Shown: positions 1-9,841 of the stretch, in pieces | Layout: each line of letters opens with the position of its first letter | Numbering within the stretch: position 1 is the stretch's first letter | From: a virus | Lineage: Duplodnaviria; Caudoviricetes | DNA length: 28,584 nucleotides | Strand: one strand, 5' to 3' | Virus record (IMG/VR): IMGVR_UViG_3300020045_002388 | Location: 1 to 28,584 of that record | Notes under the pieces: generated by a model | Seen by the model: the letters and a program-made list of their open reading frames with translations, nothing else | Databases searched by the model: none | Told to the model about the DNA's origin: nothing | Position numbers and translations under genes: made by a program

Positions 1-408
1 CATAAGGTAGTATCAGATGGTGCAGTACAACTAGATAAGACTCCAAACGGTTCAGGAGTTATCACATTAGATAGACCAGCAAATTACTCTGAGGTTGGTC
101 TAGGCTTTACGGTTACGATTACGACTATGCCTATTAACTTCCAAGACCGCGAGGGCATGACAGTAAACAGCAAGAAACGTGTATTAAAGACACGCCTAAG
201 AGTGTATAATACTAAAGGCGCAATAGTAGAAGGAGAGCTTATGCAAGGTCGTAAATTCCCTATTGTTTTAAACAGTAATCCTGACCCATATACTGGGGTT
301 TTAGAAATATCTCATCTTGGGTTTTCAAGGATAAATAGCGTTACGGTCACGCAAACAGACCCCCTTCCTTTGCATTTATTGCAGGTGGAGAGCGAGACAG
401 AAAGTTAA
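1..408 (+). CDS. Tail tubular protein B / nozzle-like protein, C-terminal part (5' truncated)
   Basis: Frame is open from base 1 (HKVVSDGAVQ...GVITLDRPANYSEVGLGFTVTITTMP...QTDPLPLHLLQV). This ending is typical of podovirus tail tubular B/P22 gp10-like proteins, and it precedes the internal virion genes. Confidence 0.7.
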   Translation, partial: HKVVSDGAVQLDKTPNGSGVITLDRPANYSEVGLGFTVTITTMPINFQDREGMTVNSKKRVLKTRLRVYNTKGAIVEGELMQGRKFPIVLNSNPDPYTGVLEISHLGFSRINSVTVTQTDPLPLHLLQVESETES

Positions 409-418
409 AGGAGATAGC

Positions 419-814
419 ATGGGAATTGAAACAGCATTAATAGCAACAGCAGTTCTAGGAGCTGGTACGTCTGTAATGTCAGGTATGCAACAGAAGAAGG
501 CATACAAGCAACAAGCTGAACAAGCTAAGATGGCAGCAGAGGCAAACGTAACAGACCGCACAAGAGCTTTAAATGAAGCAATGGCAGTACAAAACGCTAT
601 GATGGGTTCATCGGGTCGCACAATGGATAGTATTACTTCTGTAATTGAAGGCGATAAGAAACGCTATGAGAGTGATGTTAAACTAATTAGAGCAGGAGCG
701 CAGTCACAAGCGGAGCAGTATAAATCAGCTGGGCAATCAGCTATGGCAACTGGTGTTGTAGGGGGAGCAAGTCAGCTAGGCAAAGGGTATGTTGAATACT
801 CTATGCTAAAGTAG
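419..814 (+). CDS. Small internal virion (ejection) protein
   Basis: AGGAG RBS; Gly/Ala-rich hydrophobic N- and C-termini around a Gln/Ala helical middle; located right after the tail tube gene. Confidence 0.6.
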   Translation: MGIETALIATAVLGAGTSVMSGMQQKKAYKQQAEQAKMAAEANVTDRTRALNEAMAVQNAMMGSSGRTMDSITSVIEGDKKRYESDVKLIRAGAQSQAEQYKSAGQSAMATGVVGGASQLGKGYVEYSMLK

Positions 815-820
815 GAAACA

Positions 821-2446
821 ATGGCAGAATTACAAAGATACCAAGGTGGAGCAACACCGTTTCAGCAAGTAGACCCAACAGCTGCTAAAGCATCAGCACA
901 AATGTTTCAATCTTTAGGCACACGACTAGAAGAATGGAATGGCATAGCCTACAAACAAGCGCAAGTTGAAGTTGCAGAAGAAGGACAGCAGAAAGCTATT
1001 AATGATATGCTTAGTGGTGACCCATTAAAGATTGAAAAAGGTCATACGTTCTATGCTAAGGCTTACAATGATATTTCTAAGGCTGCTTATAACGTACAAG
1101 TTGAGAGCGACTTAAAGAAAACAGCAGAGCAATACGCTGCACAGTTTACTAATGACCCTAACGGCTTTAATAATGCTTTCGGTGCATACACTAAAGAAGC
1201 ACTAAAGGGGCAGACTGAGCCTGAGTTTCAAGCGATACTAAAACAGAAGGCTATGACCTTACAAGGTACATACGGTGCTAATGTAGCCAAGGAAGCTTTT
1301 AAGACTAACCGTGAGAATGAGAATAAAGCTATTGAGGCCTACAAAGACGAGGAGGCTATCTCATATGCCTCTTTCATTGCTAATGGTGATGCAGAAGGCG
1401 CAACAAACTCACTCGCTAAAATTACTGCACTTATAACAACACAAGCAGATCATGGCCTCATTCATAAGAGTATGATACCGCTAGAGATTAAGAAGATGCA
1501 AGAGAAGGCGCAAGAAACTACTACGCTTATGAGATTAGATGAAAGCCTAGAGCGTGGCGAAACTGACTTTGTGCAGAAGTTCACTAGCACTCCTGAGTAT
1601 AAAGCTTTACCTATGGATAAGCGTACTGCGATTAGTAAGAAAATGTATGAGCATATTGATGGTAAGTTCAAAGCACAGACTGAGGCGTTTGATGCTAATG
1701 CTACGCTAGTTGAAAAAGTAAGTAAGAAAAAAGCCCTAGACGTATCATCAGACATTATGCTAGGTAAACCACCAACAGATACACAGCTTGATGATATGCT
1801 TAGAGAGAACAAGCTAAGACCTGAGGAATATAAGAACCTTAAAGAGTTGAAGAACGATATGGGCGCAGGCTCATTAACCGATAATGAGAGCGTAGTTATG
1901 GACTATGAATTAGCTATCGAGAGAGTAAACCCTAGAGTTATTGCGTATGATAATAGACTCACTACAAAGACCAAACAAGCATTAATCAGTAAAGCTATCT
2001 CACATCAACGTAGAGTTGCATCCGATAAAGAAATGGCTAATGCTATGCGAGGATATAAGCAGAATATGGGCGGTGACCCTTGGAAAGTAGCTGATGATTA
2101 TATCGTTGCCAACGTACCGCTAGATGATTCTACTGAGTTAAAGAGATTACGGCTTAATATGAAGAATCAATTACGTGAGGATGTAGAGGCTGGTAAGATT
2201 AATTTATTTGATGTTCCTGATGCTATGCAACAGAAGGTTGATTCGTACCTAGTTAAGAATAAAGACAAGACAGACTCCACCAAGTATGATAGCTCATTTA
2301 AAGAGTATGAGGATAAAGTCAAGGTTTACAATAAGTCTAAAAACTCCACCTTTGGTAAGCTCAAATCTAAGGTAGGTATTGACTCAACACCGCCACCACA
2401 AGCACCAGCTAAACCAGCAAACTATATCCCTAAAGGACAGAGATGA
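821..2446 (+). CDS. Internal virion (ejection) protein, helical
   Basis: 541-aa ORF with helical composition; syntenic with T7 gp15-like ejection proteins. Confidence 0.55.
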   Translation: MAELQRYQGGATPFQQVDPTAAKASAQMFQSLGTRLEEWNGIAYKQAQVEVAEEGQQKAINDMLSGDPLKIEKGHTFYAKAYNDISKAAYNVQVESDLKKTAEQYAAQFTNDPNGFNNAFGAYTKEALKGQTEPEFQAILKQKAMTLQGTYGANVAKEAFKTNRENENKAIEAYKDEEAISYASFIANGDAEGATNSLAKITALITTQADHGLIHKSMIPLEIKKMQEKAQETTTLMRLDESLERGETDFVQKFTSTPEYKALPMDKRTAISKKMYEHIDGKFKAQTEAFDANATLVEKVSKKKALDVSSDIMLGKPPTDTQLDDMLRENKLRPEEYKNLKELKNDMGAGSLTDNESVVMDYELAIERVNPRVIAYDNRLTTKTKQALISKAISHQRRVASDKEMANAMRGYKQNMGGDPWKVADDYIVANVPLDDSTELKRLRLNMKNQLREDVEAGKINLFDVPDAMQQKVDSYLVKNKDKTDSTKYDSSFKEYEDKVKVYNKSKNSTFGKLKSKVGIDSTPPPQAPAKPANYIPKGQR

Positions 2447-3615
2447 ATTTAGAATATAATCGAGAAGAAGAAGGCAGTGGTTCAGAGTCTATGCTCAAAG
2501 CTATGCAAGACCAAGGCGCTACATATCGTGAAGAAGATTTAGCTACTAACCTTGACTGGATTGAAGCATCAGGCAAAGTCTACCAAATGAACAATAACGG
2601 TGAAAAGTTTGCAGGAGATCATAGAGCTTTAGCAAAGTATGGCATAGACCAAATGAGTGAGTTTAACTATAACGTTGCTATGGGTATGATACCCGACGTT
2701 TTAGCAGTAGAGAAGGCTGACCCTGTAACACAAATGTCATTCGCTTACTTGATGGATACTTACGATAAAAAAGATATTACGCTAGATGGTTTTGGTAGAG
2801 CAGTTAAAGAGTTAGCACTAGACCCTACTACCTATTTGGGAATATCTACACTCGGTGCTGGGTTCGCTGTAAAGAAGGGCGCACAGCAACTAGCCAAAGA
2901 AGGACTGAAAAACAGACTTCATAACTCTATTAGAAACTATCTCACAAGTGGTTTAGCTATCGGTGCTACTGAGGGGGCTATCTATTCAGCAGGAGATACA
3001 ACAGCTAGAGAGATGATACAAACTGATGCAGGACTACGTGAAGGCGTAAGCGGCACTGATGTAGCTATCTCAGGCGTTATCGGTGCAGGAGTTGGAGCAG
3101 GACTAGGCAAAGGTATCGAGGCAGCTGGAAAGGCTATTGGTAAAGGTATCGACTACCTGAATAAAGAAGGTGAACAAGCTATGGCACAAGTAGCTGGTGG
3201 TGGTGTGCCTCCTAGTGAGTATAGAGGCTATCATAAAGCCCCAAGAATAGAGGGGGCTAATACTGGTGATAATTTAAAAGATATTTTCCCTGATGATATT
3301 TATACTCCTAAAGGCGTACAATACTACGGAACTGGTGATAAGGCTATGGATACAAAAAGCATTAGCATTATTCAAAGCATGAGGAATAAACCAGATAAAG
3401 AAATTACAGTATATAGAGCAGTGCCAAAAGGTGTAAAAGATTTTAATGATGGTGACTGGATTACTATTAATCCTGACTATGCGAAATGGCATGGTGAGAG
3501 TTGGGTAGAGGACGGCAAGTTTGATATAATAAGCAAGAAAGTTAAAGCTAAATATATTTCTACAAACGGTGACTCTATCCACGAATGGGGCTATAATGAA
3601 AAGGAAGCTAAATGA
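2443..3615 (+). CDS. Internal virion protein with C-terminal ADP-ribosyltransferase-like domain
   Basis: N-terminal part has DPTTYLG and Gly/Ala-rich segments typical of ejection proteins. After a GGGVPP linker come VYRAVP...GDWIT...YAKWHG...EWGY, matching the R-S/T-E pattern of the ART fold. Confidence 0.55.
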   Translation: MNLEYNREEEGSGSESMLKAMQDQGATYREEDLATNLDWIEASGKVYQMNNNGEKFAGDHRALAKYGIDQMSEFNYNVAMGMIPDVLAVEKADPVTQMSFAYLMDTYDKKDITLDGFGRAVKELALDPTTYLGISTLGAGFAVKKGAQQLAKEGLKNRLHNSIRNYLTSGLAIGATEGAIYSAGDTTAREMIQTDAGLREGVSGTDVAISGVIGAGVGAGLGKGIEAAGKAIGKGIDYLNKEGEQAMAQVAGGGVPPSEYRGYHKAPRIEGANTGDNLKDIFPDDIYTPKGVQYYGTGDKAMDTKSISIIQSMRNKPDKEITVYRAVPKGVKDFNDGDWITINPDYAKWHGESWVEDGKFDIISKKVKAKYISTNGDSIHEWGYNEKEAK

Positions 3616-6596
3616 ATGAAGAAGAACTAACAATTGTTGAACCAAAGATAGATGATGAACAAGCTTTAGCAGATGCTCAGGCTATGGCTGAAATGCCACC
3701 AGCTGAGGTAACAGATGTATCAGAGGAAGAAGCAGGAATAGGCGCAGATATTACACGCTTTATTACTAAAGCTATCGGTATCACTCCTGATGTTCCAGTA
3801 TCTAAGGTTATGCCTAGCCCTAAAGCTAAAGTAAGTGCAGAAATACCTACGCCTAAAGTAGATATGCCTGAACCAACAGCAGAAGCACCTAAGCCTAAAG
3901 CAAAGCCTACACGTATGACTGCATGGGCTAACCGTGAGATACTAGCTAAGAAGCCTGAGCCTAAAGAAAAGAAAATAGGCGAGATGGTAGTATCGAAACC
4001 TAGAGCAGTACATGAAGCAGAAGTAGTGCCTATGCCTAACGATGTTAATCCTGATGCTATGTTCACTAAGATGGAGCAGGGAACATCACCTAAGTTTGCT
4101 AAGTTCAATCCTGAAAAAGAAGCGGCTAATCTAGTAGAGGCGGATATTGACCAATTCGATGACTCAGTATCTCATCAGATCAACTTCAATACTTTAGAAA
4201 ATGAAGATGACGTTAATTCAGTTATTGCAAGTATCGCAGAGCAGAACAAAGCAAACATTGACTTTGAGCGTAGAGGTGTTGTATCTGATGACCAGCTAAT
4301 GAAGTTTGCTAATGACATAGGAGCAGATGAAACATTTGTGCGTGATGTGTTTATGCGTGAGGCTGGTGGTGCTATTCCTCCTGCTGAGTATGTAGTAGCT
4401 ATGCGCCAAGTTCTTAATCAATCAGCCACCAAGCTTAAAATGTTAGCGGATAAAGTAGCCGGTGAGTTTTCACCACAAGATAAGATCGAGTTTGCTAGAC
4501 AGTTTGACTTTCACCGTAAGTTCCAATCTAAGTTCATGGGTGTACGTGCTGAGTATGGTCGTGGCTTACGTGCGCTAGGTGTTCAGATGGGTAATGAAAA
4601 CGATGTGCTTATGACACTAGGAGCTATGGAGCGTGAACTAGACATTACTAAAGTGGCAGCAATGATAAGCGACTCAGAGAGCGCAACTGGTATCAACAAG
4701 ATGGTTAATGCTTACTCTAGTAATGCTAAGTACGGTATGGACCTGCTCTATACTGAGTATATGTCATCTATGCTATCGGGCGTATCCACTCAGATGCTAA
4801 ACTTTGGCGGTACTATCGCTAATATCAGCGTGAATATGGCAGAGCGTAAAGTAGCCTCATGGATGCCTAAAGGCGCTCATGCTATGGACGAGGTACAAAA
4901 TGATGAAGTAACAGCTATGCTTATAGGATACTCATCATCATTCAAAGACGCAATGAAAGCGGGGTGGAAAACACTAAAGACTGGCGACCCCTATAAAGGT
5001 ATGGGAGCAACTGGTGAAGCGTTTGTTATGCCTATGCCCTCAGAGAAGTTTGCAATGGGAGAAACATCAGGAGCAGTAGCGGATATGGCGTTTAAAGCTA
5101 TGGCGTTTCCATTGCGTAATGTTATGGGTAGCACCGATACATTCTTTAAAGTTCTAAATGAAAGAGCGCAACTAGCGTCTAACTCATTCCGTGAGGCTAA
5201 AGCTATGGTAAACCGTGGAGAAATTCAGCCTGAGCAGTTCCAAGAAACACTAGCTAATATTATCAATGACCCTCACCAATCAATAATTAACAAATCTGAG
5301 GACTTCTCTAAAGAGATGGCATACCAAGAAACACCTGGCAAGATGCTTACTGGTATTATGGGGCTTATTAACAAAACCCCTACGGCTAGATGGATTATCC
5401 CATTTGTTAAAACTCTTGGTAATATCACACGCCAAACATTAGTTGAGCGTACACCAGCAGCGGTACTGCAACAGAAGTTTAGAGATGAAGTAGCAGCAGG
5501 GGGAGCTAAGGGGCAGTTAGCACTAGCTAAGATGAGTTTAGGTACTGGTATTATGGCTACTTCTTATATGTTAGCTGAAAGTGGTAATCTAACTGGACCA
5601 GCGCCAAAAGATAGAGCAGAGCGTGACGCATGGAAAGCGGCAGGAATGAAGCCTTTTAGTATGGTATTCAATAATGAAGATGGCACGAAAGAGTATGTGC
5701 CTTATACTGGGCTAGAGCCTTTTGCTACATTCTTTGGTATATCAGCGTCTATCGCAGACTATCAGCGTAAATCTTCTTATGTAGACCTATACGATGGTGA
5801 GGATGAGAAGTTTAATAGCATCATGAGTGACTTGCTTGTAGCTATCAGTGAGAATACTCTAAATAGAACTTTTGCAGTAGGGCTACAAACATTTATGGAC
5901 GCAGTAAGCGAAGGAGATGCTAAGTCATTCCAACGTCTAGCACAAAGCTATGCTAATACGATGATACCACTTGCAGGGCTTAGACGTAATATCACTAAGG
6001 ATATGGATGAGTACAAGCGTAACACGGCAGGAGTTATGGAGTATATCCAATCACAAATTCCTACAATGAGTGAAGCCCTACCGCCAGTGCGTGACTTATT
6101 TGGTGAGCCAGTTACACATGATTACACTTATATTCGCTGGAGTCCTTCTACTTCTACTAAAGACCCAGTACGCTTAGAGCTATTAAGACTCAATGAACAA
6201 ACCAAGAAAATGGCAGTACCACCGGCTAGAGCAATTCTAGGTAAACAGAAGATCAAACCTGAGGATAGTGAGAAGTGGCTAACGTATGCTCGTAAAGAAT
6301 ACCGTGACTTTAGTGGGCGCACTTTGCATGAGCGAATAAATGATACAATTCAAGATGAAAACTATCTGTCAATGCTTGAAGACGATAAGGTTAAACATAT
6401 CCAATCTATTACACAAAAGAATGATATGGCAGCACTTAAAGAACTTGCTAAAGAGGATGAAGAATTATTCTTACGACTCCATGCTAAAGACATTGTAAGA
6501 AGTGCTAATATCCTTGTAGAAAAAGAAAACATGGATAAAGAAGATGCCTTGGAAGAAGCAAAGCAAGAATATGAAGATATATTTGGAGGTCGATAA
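3612..6596 (+). CDS. Large internal virion (ejection) protein
   Basis: 994 aa; Pro/Lys-rich N-terminus; C-terminal motifs (PFVKT.GN, G.LTG.AP.D..ER.AW...G.KPFS, Y..LEPF, P.RDLFGEP) seen in large podovirus ejection/polyvalent proteins; directly before the tail fibre. Confidence 0.65.
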   Translation: MNEEELTIVEPKIDDEQALADAQAMAEMPPAEVTDVSEEEAGIGADITRFITKAIGITPDVPVSKVMPSPKAKVSAEIPTPKVDMPEPTAEAPKPKAKPTRMTAWANREILAKKPEPKEKKIGEMVVSKPRAVHEAEVVPMPNDVNPDAMFTKMEQGTSPKFAKFNPEKEAANLVEADIDQFDDSVSHQINFNTLENEDDVNSVIASIAEQNKANIDFERRGVVSDDQLMKFANDIGADETFVRDVFMREAGGAIPPAEYVVAMRQVLNQSATKLKMLADKVAGEFSPQDKIEFARQFDFHRKFQSKFMGVRAEYGRGLRALGVQMGNENDVLMTLGAMERELDITKVAAMISDSESATGINKMVNAYSSNAKYGMDLLYTEYMSSMLSGVSTQMLNFGGTIANISVNMAERKVASWMPKGAHAMDEVQNDEVTAMLIGYSSSFKDAMKAGWKTLKTGDPYKGMGATGEAFVMPMPSEKFAMGETSGAVADMAFKAMAFPLRNVMGSTDTFFKVLNERAQLASNSFREAKAMVNRGEIQPEQFQETLANIINDPHQSIINKSEDFSKEMAYQETPGKMLTGIMGLINKTPTARWIIPFVKTLGNITRQTLVERTPAAVLQQKFRDEVAAGGAKGQLALAKMSLGTGIMATSYMLAESGNLTGPAPKDRAERDAWKAAGMKPFSMVFNNEDGTKEYVPYTGLEPFATFFGISASIADYQRKSSYVDLYDGEDEKFNSIMSDLLVAISENTLNRTFAVGLQTFMDAVSEGDAKSFQRLAQSYANTMIPLAGLRRNITKDMDEYKRNTAGVMEYIQSQIPTMSEALPPVRDLFGEPVTHDYTYIRWSPSTSTKDPVRLELLRLNEQTKKMAVPPARAILGKQKIKPEDSEKWLTYARKEYRDFSGRTLHERINDTIQDENYLSMLEDDKVKHIQSITQKNDMAALKELAKEDEELFLRLHAKDIVRSANILVEKENMDKEDALEEAKQEYEDIFGGR

Positions 6597-8284
6597 TGGC
6601 ATTTAACATAAACCCAGGTAAACAGCAGTTTACAGCAACGGCAGCACAGACAGTATTTACGTTTAATTTTGCTATCTTTGTAGATACTGATATTAAAGCA
6701 TATAAAACTTTGGCAGGTGCAGTAGCAAACGATACGACCGACCTATTAACTCTCACTACACATTACACCGTATCTATTAATGGAACGCTTGGCGGTACGG
6801 TTACGCTAGTATCAGGCGCTAGTGTTAATGATACTATTACTCTTGTACGATCGTTGCCTATTACAAGAACGACTGACTATGTAACTAACGGTGATTTATT
6901 TGCTGATACTTTAGACCTAGACCAAGACTACCAAACATATCTTGTATTAGACCAAAACGTGCAACTTCAAAGAGCCATCGTTGTTCCTGAGTCGCTTGGT
7001 AATGTAGATTTAGATATTCCAGCACCAGTAGCTAACTCATACCTACGTTGGAACGCTACGGCTGACGCACTAGAGAATGACACTTCAATACCCGATGATG
7101 TGGTTACAACTACTGCGAATGTAGTCTTAACTAATGCTGACGTAGTTTTAACCCATGCTGATGTTGTATTAACTCATGCTGATGTAGTGTTAGCTAACAA
7201 ATGGGCGGAAGAAGCGGAGGACGTAGAAGTAACTACTGGCGAATACTCAGCTCATCACTGGGCTATAAAAGCTGCGGCAAGTGCGGCAAGTTTAACAGTA
7301 GATGCAGTACCTACCGATGGAAGCGCAAATGCTGTGTCATCTAATGGTGTATTTGATGCTTTAGCGCTTAAAGCCCCACTATCTTCCCCTGCTCTTACGG
7401 ATACGCCTACTGCTCCTACTGCAACTCTAGGCACAAATACAACGCAAATTGCTACAACAGCCTTTGTATTGGCTAATGCTACTGGCACACCATCAGGTGT
7501 TCGCCAAACCGTACAATCAGGCTCAGTAGACACAAGCGGTTTTGCTAACTTCGTATCAATCGGAACAGGCCTTGCCGTAAACATTGCCGCAACTACTACG
7601 CCTATCGTAATCCATGCGGCAGGCGGTAAAGTATCAGACGACCGTATCGGTACAATTAGCGCTGACACTTCAATCACAGGGCTTACCGCAAACAGCACGA
7701 ATTACCTATACGCTGATGTAGCATCAAATGGCGTAGTAACACTATCGGCTAATGTAGTCGCTCACTTAGAGCAATTTGGAGGTACTCCAGCGGTTACAAA
7801 CAATCTTACAACATTCAATTACAGCGGTATGACAGGCTATACAGGTAACGGTGCAACTGCTCCACAATCTTGGCGTGTTCCTATCGGTGAAGCAGTTACA
7901 AATGCTACCAACGTCACAAGCGTTGTAAACTATGCCCTCAATGGTCAATATGACAGCGGATACACTGCAACACTTCCATCGGTAGCGGCGGCAGTATCAA
8001 AAAATCATAACATTGGTACTGACATTCTAAAATGCTCAATAAGGGTAAAATGTACAACCATTGATGCTGGTTTTGCGGTAGGTGATATCTTTGATGATAT
8101 TTCAACTGTCGGGGGGGGAATATATCCTATGCAATTGAACATCGTTAGAACTAATAAAATAATGAGTTTCACAACAGGTGACGGTGGTGGTGGATGGCGC
8201 ATTACCAATAAATCAACTGGTAGTTTAGCGGCAGTAACCCTCGCAAGTTGGTCGTATAAACTCATAGCACAGAGAGGATTTTAA
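6596..8284 (+). CDS. Tail fibre protein
   Basis: T7 gp17-like N-terminal adaptor (FTFNFAIF...YTVS...GGTVTL...ITLVR); APLSSPALTDTPTAPT...NTTQIATTAFV fibre motif; Thr/Ala/Gly-rich distal part. Confidence 0.85.
   Translation: MAFNINPGKQQFTATAAQTVFTFNFAIFVDTDIKAYKTLAGAVANDTTDLLTLTTHYTVSINGTLGGTVTLVSGASVNDTITLVRSLPITRTTDYVTNGDLFADTLDLDQDYQTYLVLDQNVQLQRAIVVPESLGNVDLDIPAPVANSYLRWNATADALENDTSIPDDVVTTTANVVLTNADVVLTHADVVLTHADVVLANKWAEEAEDVEVTTGEYSAHHWAIKAAASAASLTVDAVPTDGSANAVSSNGVFDALALKAPLSSPALTDTPTAPTATLGTNTTQIATTAFVLANATGTPSGVRQTVQSGSVDTSGFANFVSIGTGLAVNIAATTTPIVIHAAGGKVSDDRIGTISADTSITGLTANSTNYLYADVASNGVVTLSANVVAHLEQFGGTPAVTNNLTTFNYSGMTGYTGNGATAPQSWRVPIGEAVTNATNVTSVVNYALNGQYDSGYTATLPSVAAAVSKNHNIGTDILKCSIRVKCTTIDAGFAVGDIFDDISTVGGGIYPMQLNIVRTNKIMSFTTGDGGGGWRITNKSTGSLAAVTLASWSYKLIAQRGF
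7121..7198 (+). repeat. Degenerate 21-bp tandem repeat (~3.7 units) encoding VVLT(N/H)AD heptads
   Basis: Units start at 7121, 7142, 7163 and 7184 (partial); mostly synonymous differences between units. Confidence 0.9.
8111..8118 (+). repeat. Poly-G tract (G8) in the distal tail fibre
   Basis: gtc ggg ggg gga; a conspicuous G run in an AT-rich genome. Confidence 0.9.
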
Positions 8285-8286
8285 TT

Positions 8287-8640
8287 ATGGATAAATATAA
8301 CATTTGGTGGAAAAATACGGACGGTAGCTTACGTTTTGGCGATGGTAACACTACATCTAAAGAGTATAAAGAAGCTACAGCGGCGGAGGTTACAGCGTGG
8401 CAATCACGAGTGATCGTGCCACAAGAAGTTACACGCCTTCAAATGATGGAGGCTATGATTGAAGCTAACATATGGGATTCATTCAAAGCCTTACGTGCCT
8501 CAAATGAATTAGTGAATGAGTATTGGTTGGCTACATTAAGCGTAAACCGCACTCACCCTATGGTTGTAGGGATGAAAACGCTAATGGATAAAACGGACGC
8601 TGATATTGACGCTCTGTTCGTTTTGGCAAGTACAAAGTAA
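8287..8640 (+). CDS. Putative tail fibre assembly/chaperone protein
   Basis: Directly after the fibre; VPQEVTRLQ...W......V.R.HP.V......IDALF pattern typical of fibre-adjacent proteins. Confidence 0.5.
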   Translation: MDKYNIWWKNTDGSLRFGDGNTTSKEYKEATAAEVTAWQSRVIVPQEVTRLQMMEAMIEANIWDSFKALRASNELVNEYWLATLSVNRTHPMVVGMKTLMDKTDADIDALFVLASTK

Positions 8641-9035
8641 TGCAAACAATAGACCTTCGTATTCATGGCGTACAAGATTATGAAATACTCAGGAATATAC
8701 AGTTTATTTCAAAAAATTATAAAGTCAAGATAACGGTAGGGAAAGGGCTAAGATACAACGCAGCTAGTACGCCGAGAGTCCTATGGTCAGTTATCGGATG
8801 TCCTATTGATTACGCGTTCCCTGCTGCATTTCATGACCCGCTATACGGATCAAGATTGTTACCTAGAAGAGTGTGTGACGCTATTTTCTATGAGATACTT
8901 TTATCACAGGGCGTTCCAAGAGAAAAAGCTATACCGATGTATCTTGCACTTAGAACAGGCGGACAAAGCGCATACGATGAATCCCTTGAAAATATGGCGT
9001 ATTACCGTGACTTTATTATGATTGAGCCGACATGA
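8640..9035 (+). CDS. DUF1353-family protein
   Basis: AS.PR.LW....P......AA.HD.LY...R..CD.IF.E...MY.ALR.GG motif. Confidence 0.75.
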   Translation: MQTIDLRIHGVQDYEILRNIQFISKNYKVKITVGKGLRYNAASTPRVLWSVIGCPIDYAFPAAFHDPLYGSRLLPRRVCDAIFYEILLSQGVPREKAIPMYLALRTGGQSAYDESLENMAYYRDFIMIEPT

Positions 9036-9121
9036 TCGACCCAAGCACTATTAGCCTACTTAAAACAGTAGGAATGTTTGCCATTGTGTTTTGGATGTTC
9101 ATTGCGTTTAGTTCAGATTAA
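9032..9121 (+). CDS. 29-aa hydrophobic peptide MIDPSTISLLKTVGMFAIVFWMFIAFSSD (not in ORF track)
   Basis: ATGA overlap with the DUF1353 stop; one hydrophobic stretch. Confidence 0.45.
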   Translation: MIDPSTISLLKTVGMFAIVFWMFIAFSSD

Positions 9122-9129
9122 TGTATAAT
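9108..9129 (+). promoter_or_regulatory. Putative sigma70 promoter for the lysis cassette
   Basis: TATAAT at 9124-9129 with TTAGT starting 16 nt upstream of it. Confidence 0.45.
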
Positions 9130-9154
9130 ATAAAATAAAAACTAAAGGGCTAAC

Positions 9155-9532
9155 GTGTCAAGTGCAATAGAAGAAATCAAACGGTTAGAAACACTTATCA
9201 ATCAAAACATAGGTGCAACTCGTGGACTTTCCGATAAAGTACAAAAGCTTAGTGATGACCTGATAGTTATTGAAACTCACCGTGTACACGATAAAGAATT
9301 AGCCGATAGAACATCTGACCAAATCGACAAACTAACCAATGCTATTAACTCATTAAATGACACATTTGCAACTATAAATGGAAAGGCACAAGGGGTAAGC
9401 ATGATGGTAAAAGCATTTTGGACTATATCAGGTACTATAATTATCGCATCTATCCTTTGGCTATCGACTACCATTGTTGATCTAAAAATGCAAGTTGCGG
9501 TATTACAGAGTCGAGAGGCTAACGAAAAGTGA
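9155..9532 (+). CDS. Coiled-coil protein with C-terminal TM helix (lysis cassette, holin/antiholin candidate)
   Basis: GTG start after AAGGG; heptad pattern; hydrophobic FWTISGTIIIASILWL. Confidence 0.5.
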   Translation: MSSAIEEIKRLETLINQNIGATRGLSDKVQKLSDDLIVIETHRVHDKELADRTSDQIDKLTNAINSLNDTFATINGKAQGVSMMVKAFWTISGTIIIASILWLSTTIVDLKMQVAVLQSREANEK

Positions 9533-9804
9533 TTGAGTCAGCACTCCTAACCTCACACATGGTGTTGTTCGGTGTAAAACTATGGGCAGTATTTATATTC
9601 TCTGAACACATGAAAAAATACCCATATATGTTTTTATGGTCGGCTATATATTTGATTTTAGAAACATGGTTTTTGCATAAGTTCTTTTTAGATATTGACG
9701 TTTACCATTATGAAATAATATCTATTATTGACCAATGTATTTTCACTATCGGTCTAGTTTTTTATCTTACAAAGGAGGTAGACAATGGCACGAGGACGAA
9801 CTAA
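9529..9804 (+). CDS. Small multi-pass membrane protein (holin candidate)
   Basis: 91 aa with about three hydrophobic segments, upstream of the endolysin. Confidence 0.45.
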   Translation: MIESALLTSHMVLFGVKLWAVFIFSEHMKKYPYMFLWSAIYLILETWFLHKFFLDIDVYHYEIISIIDQCIFTIGLVFYLTKEVDNGTRTN

Positions 9805-9832
9805 CGGTGGCGGTGTACGCCCTAAAAAGTAA
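9785..9832 (+). CDS. 15-aa basic peptide MARGRTNGGGVRPKK (not in ORF track)
   Basis: Near-perfect AAGGAGGT RBS at 9772-9779, just upstream of ATG 9785. Confidence 0.45.
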   Translation: MARGRTNGGGVRPKK

Positions 9833-9841
9833 TTGACTTAT

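Noticed and set aside
6596-8284. Diversity-generating retroelement target in the tail fibre
   Set aside because: No reverse transcriptase, and no second copy of the fibre 3' end differing at adenines was seen in the window.
8806-9021. Nested alternate-frame + strand ORFs (also 17630-17845 on the minus strand)
   Set aside because: No RBS, lipobox or motif; not spanin-like.
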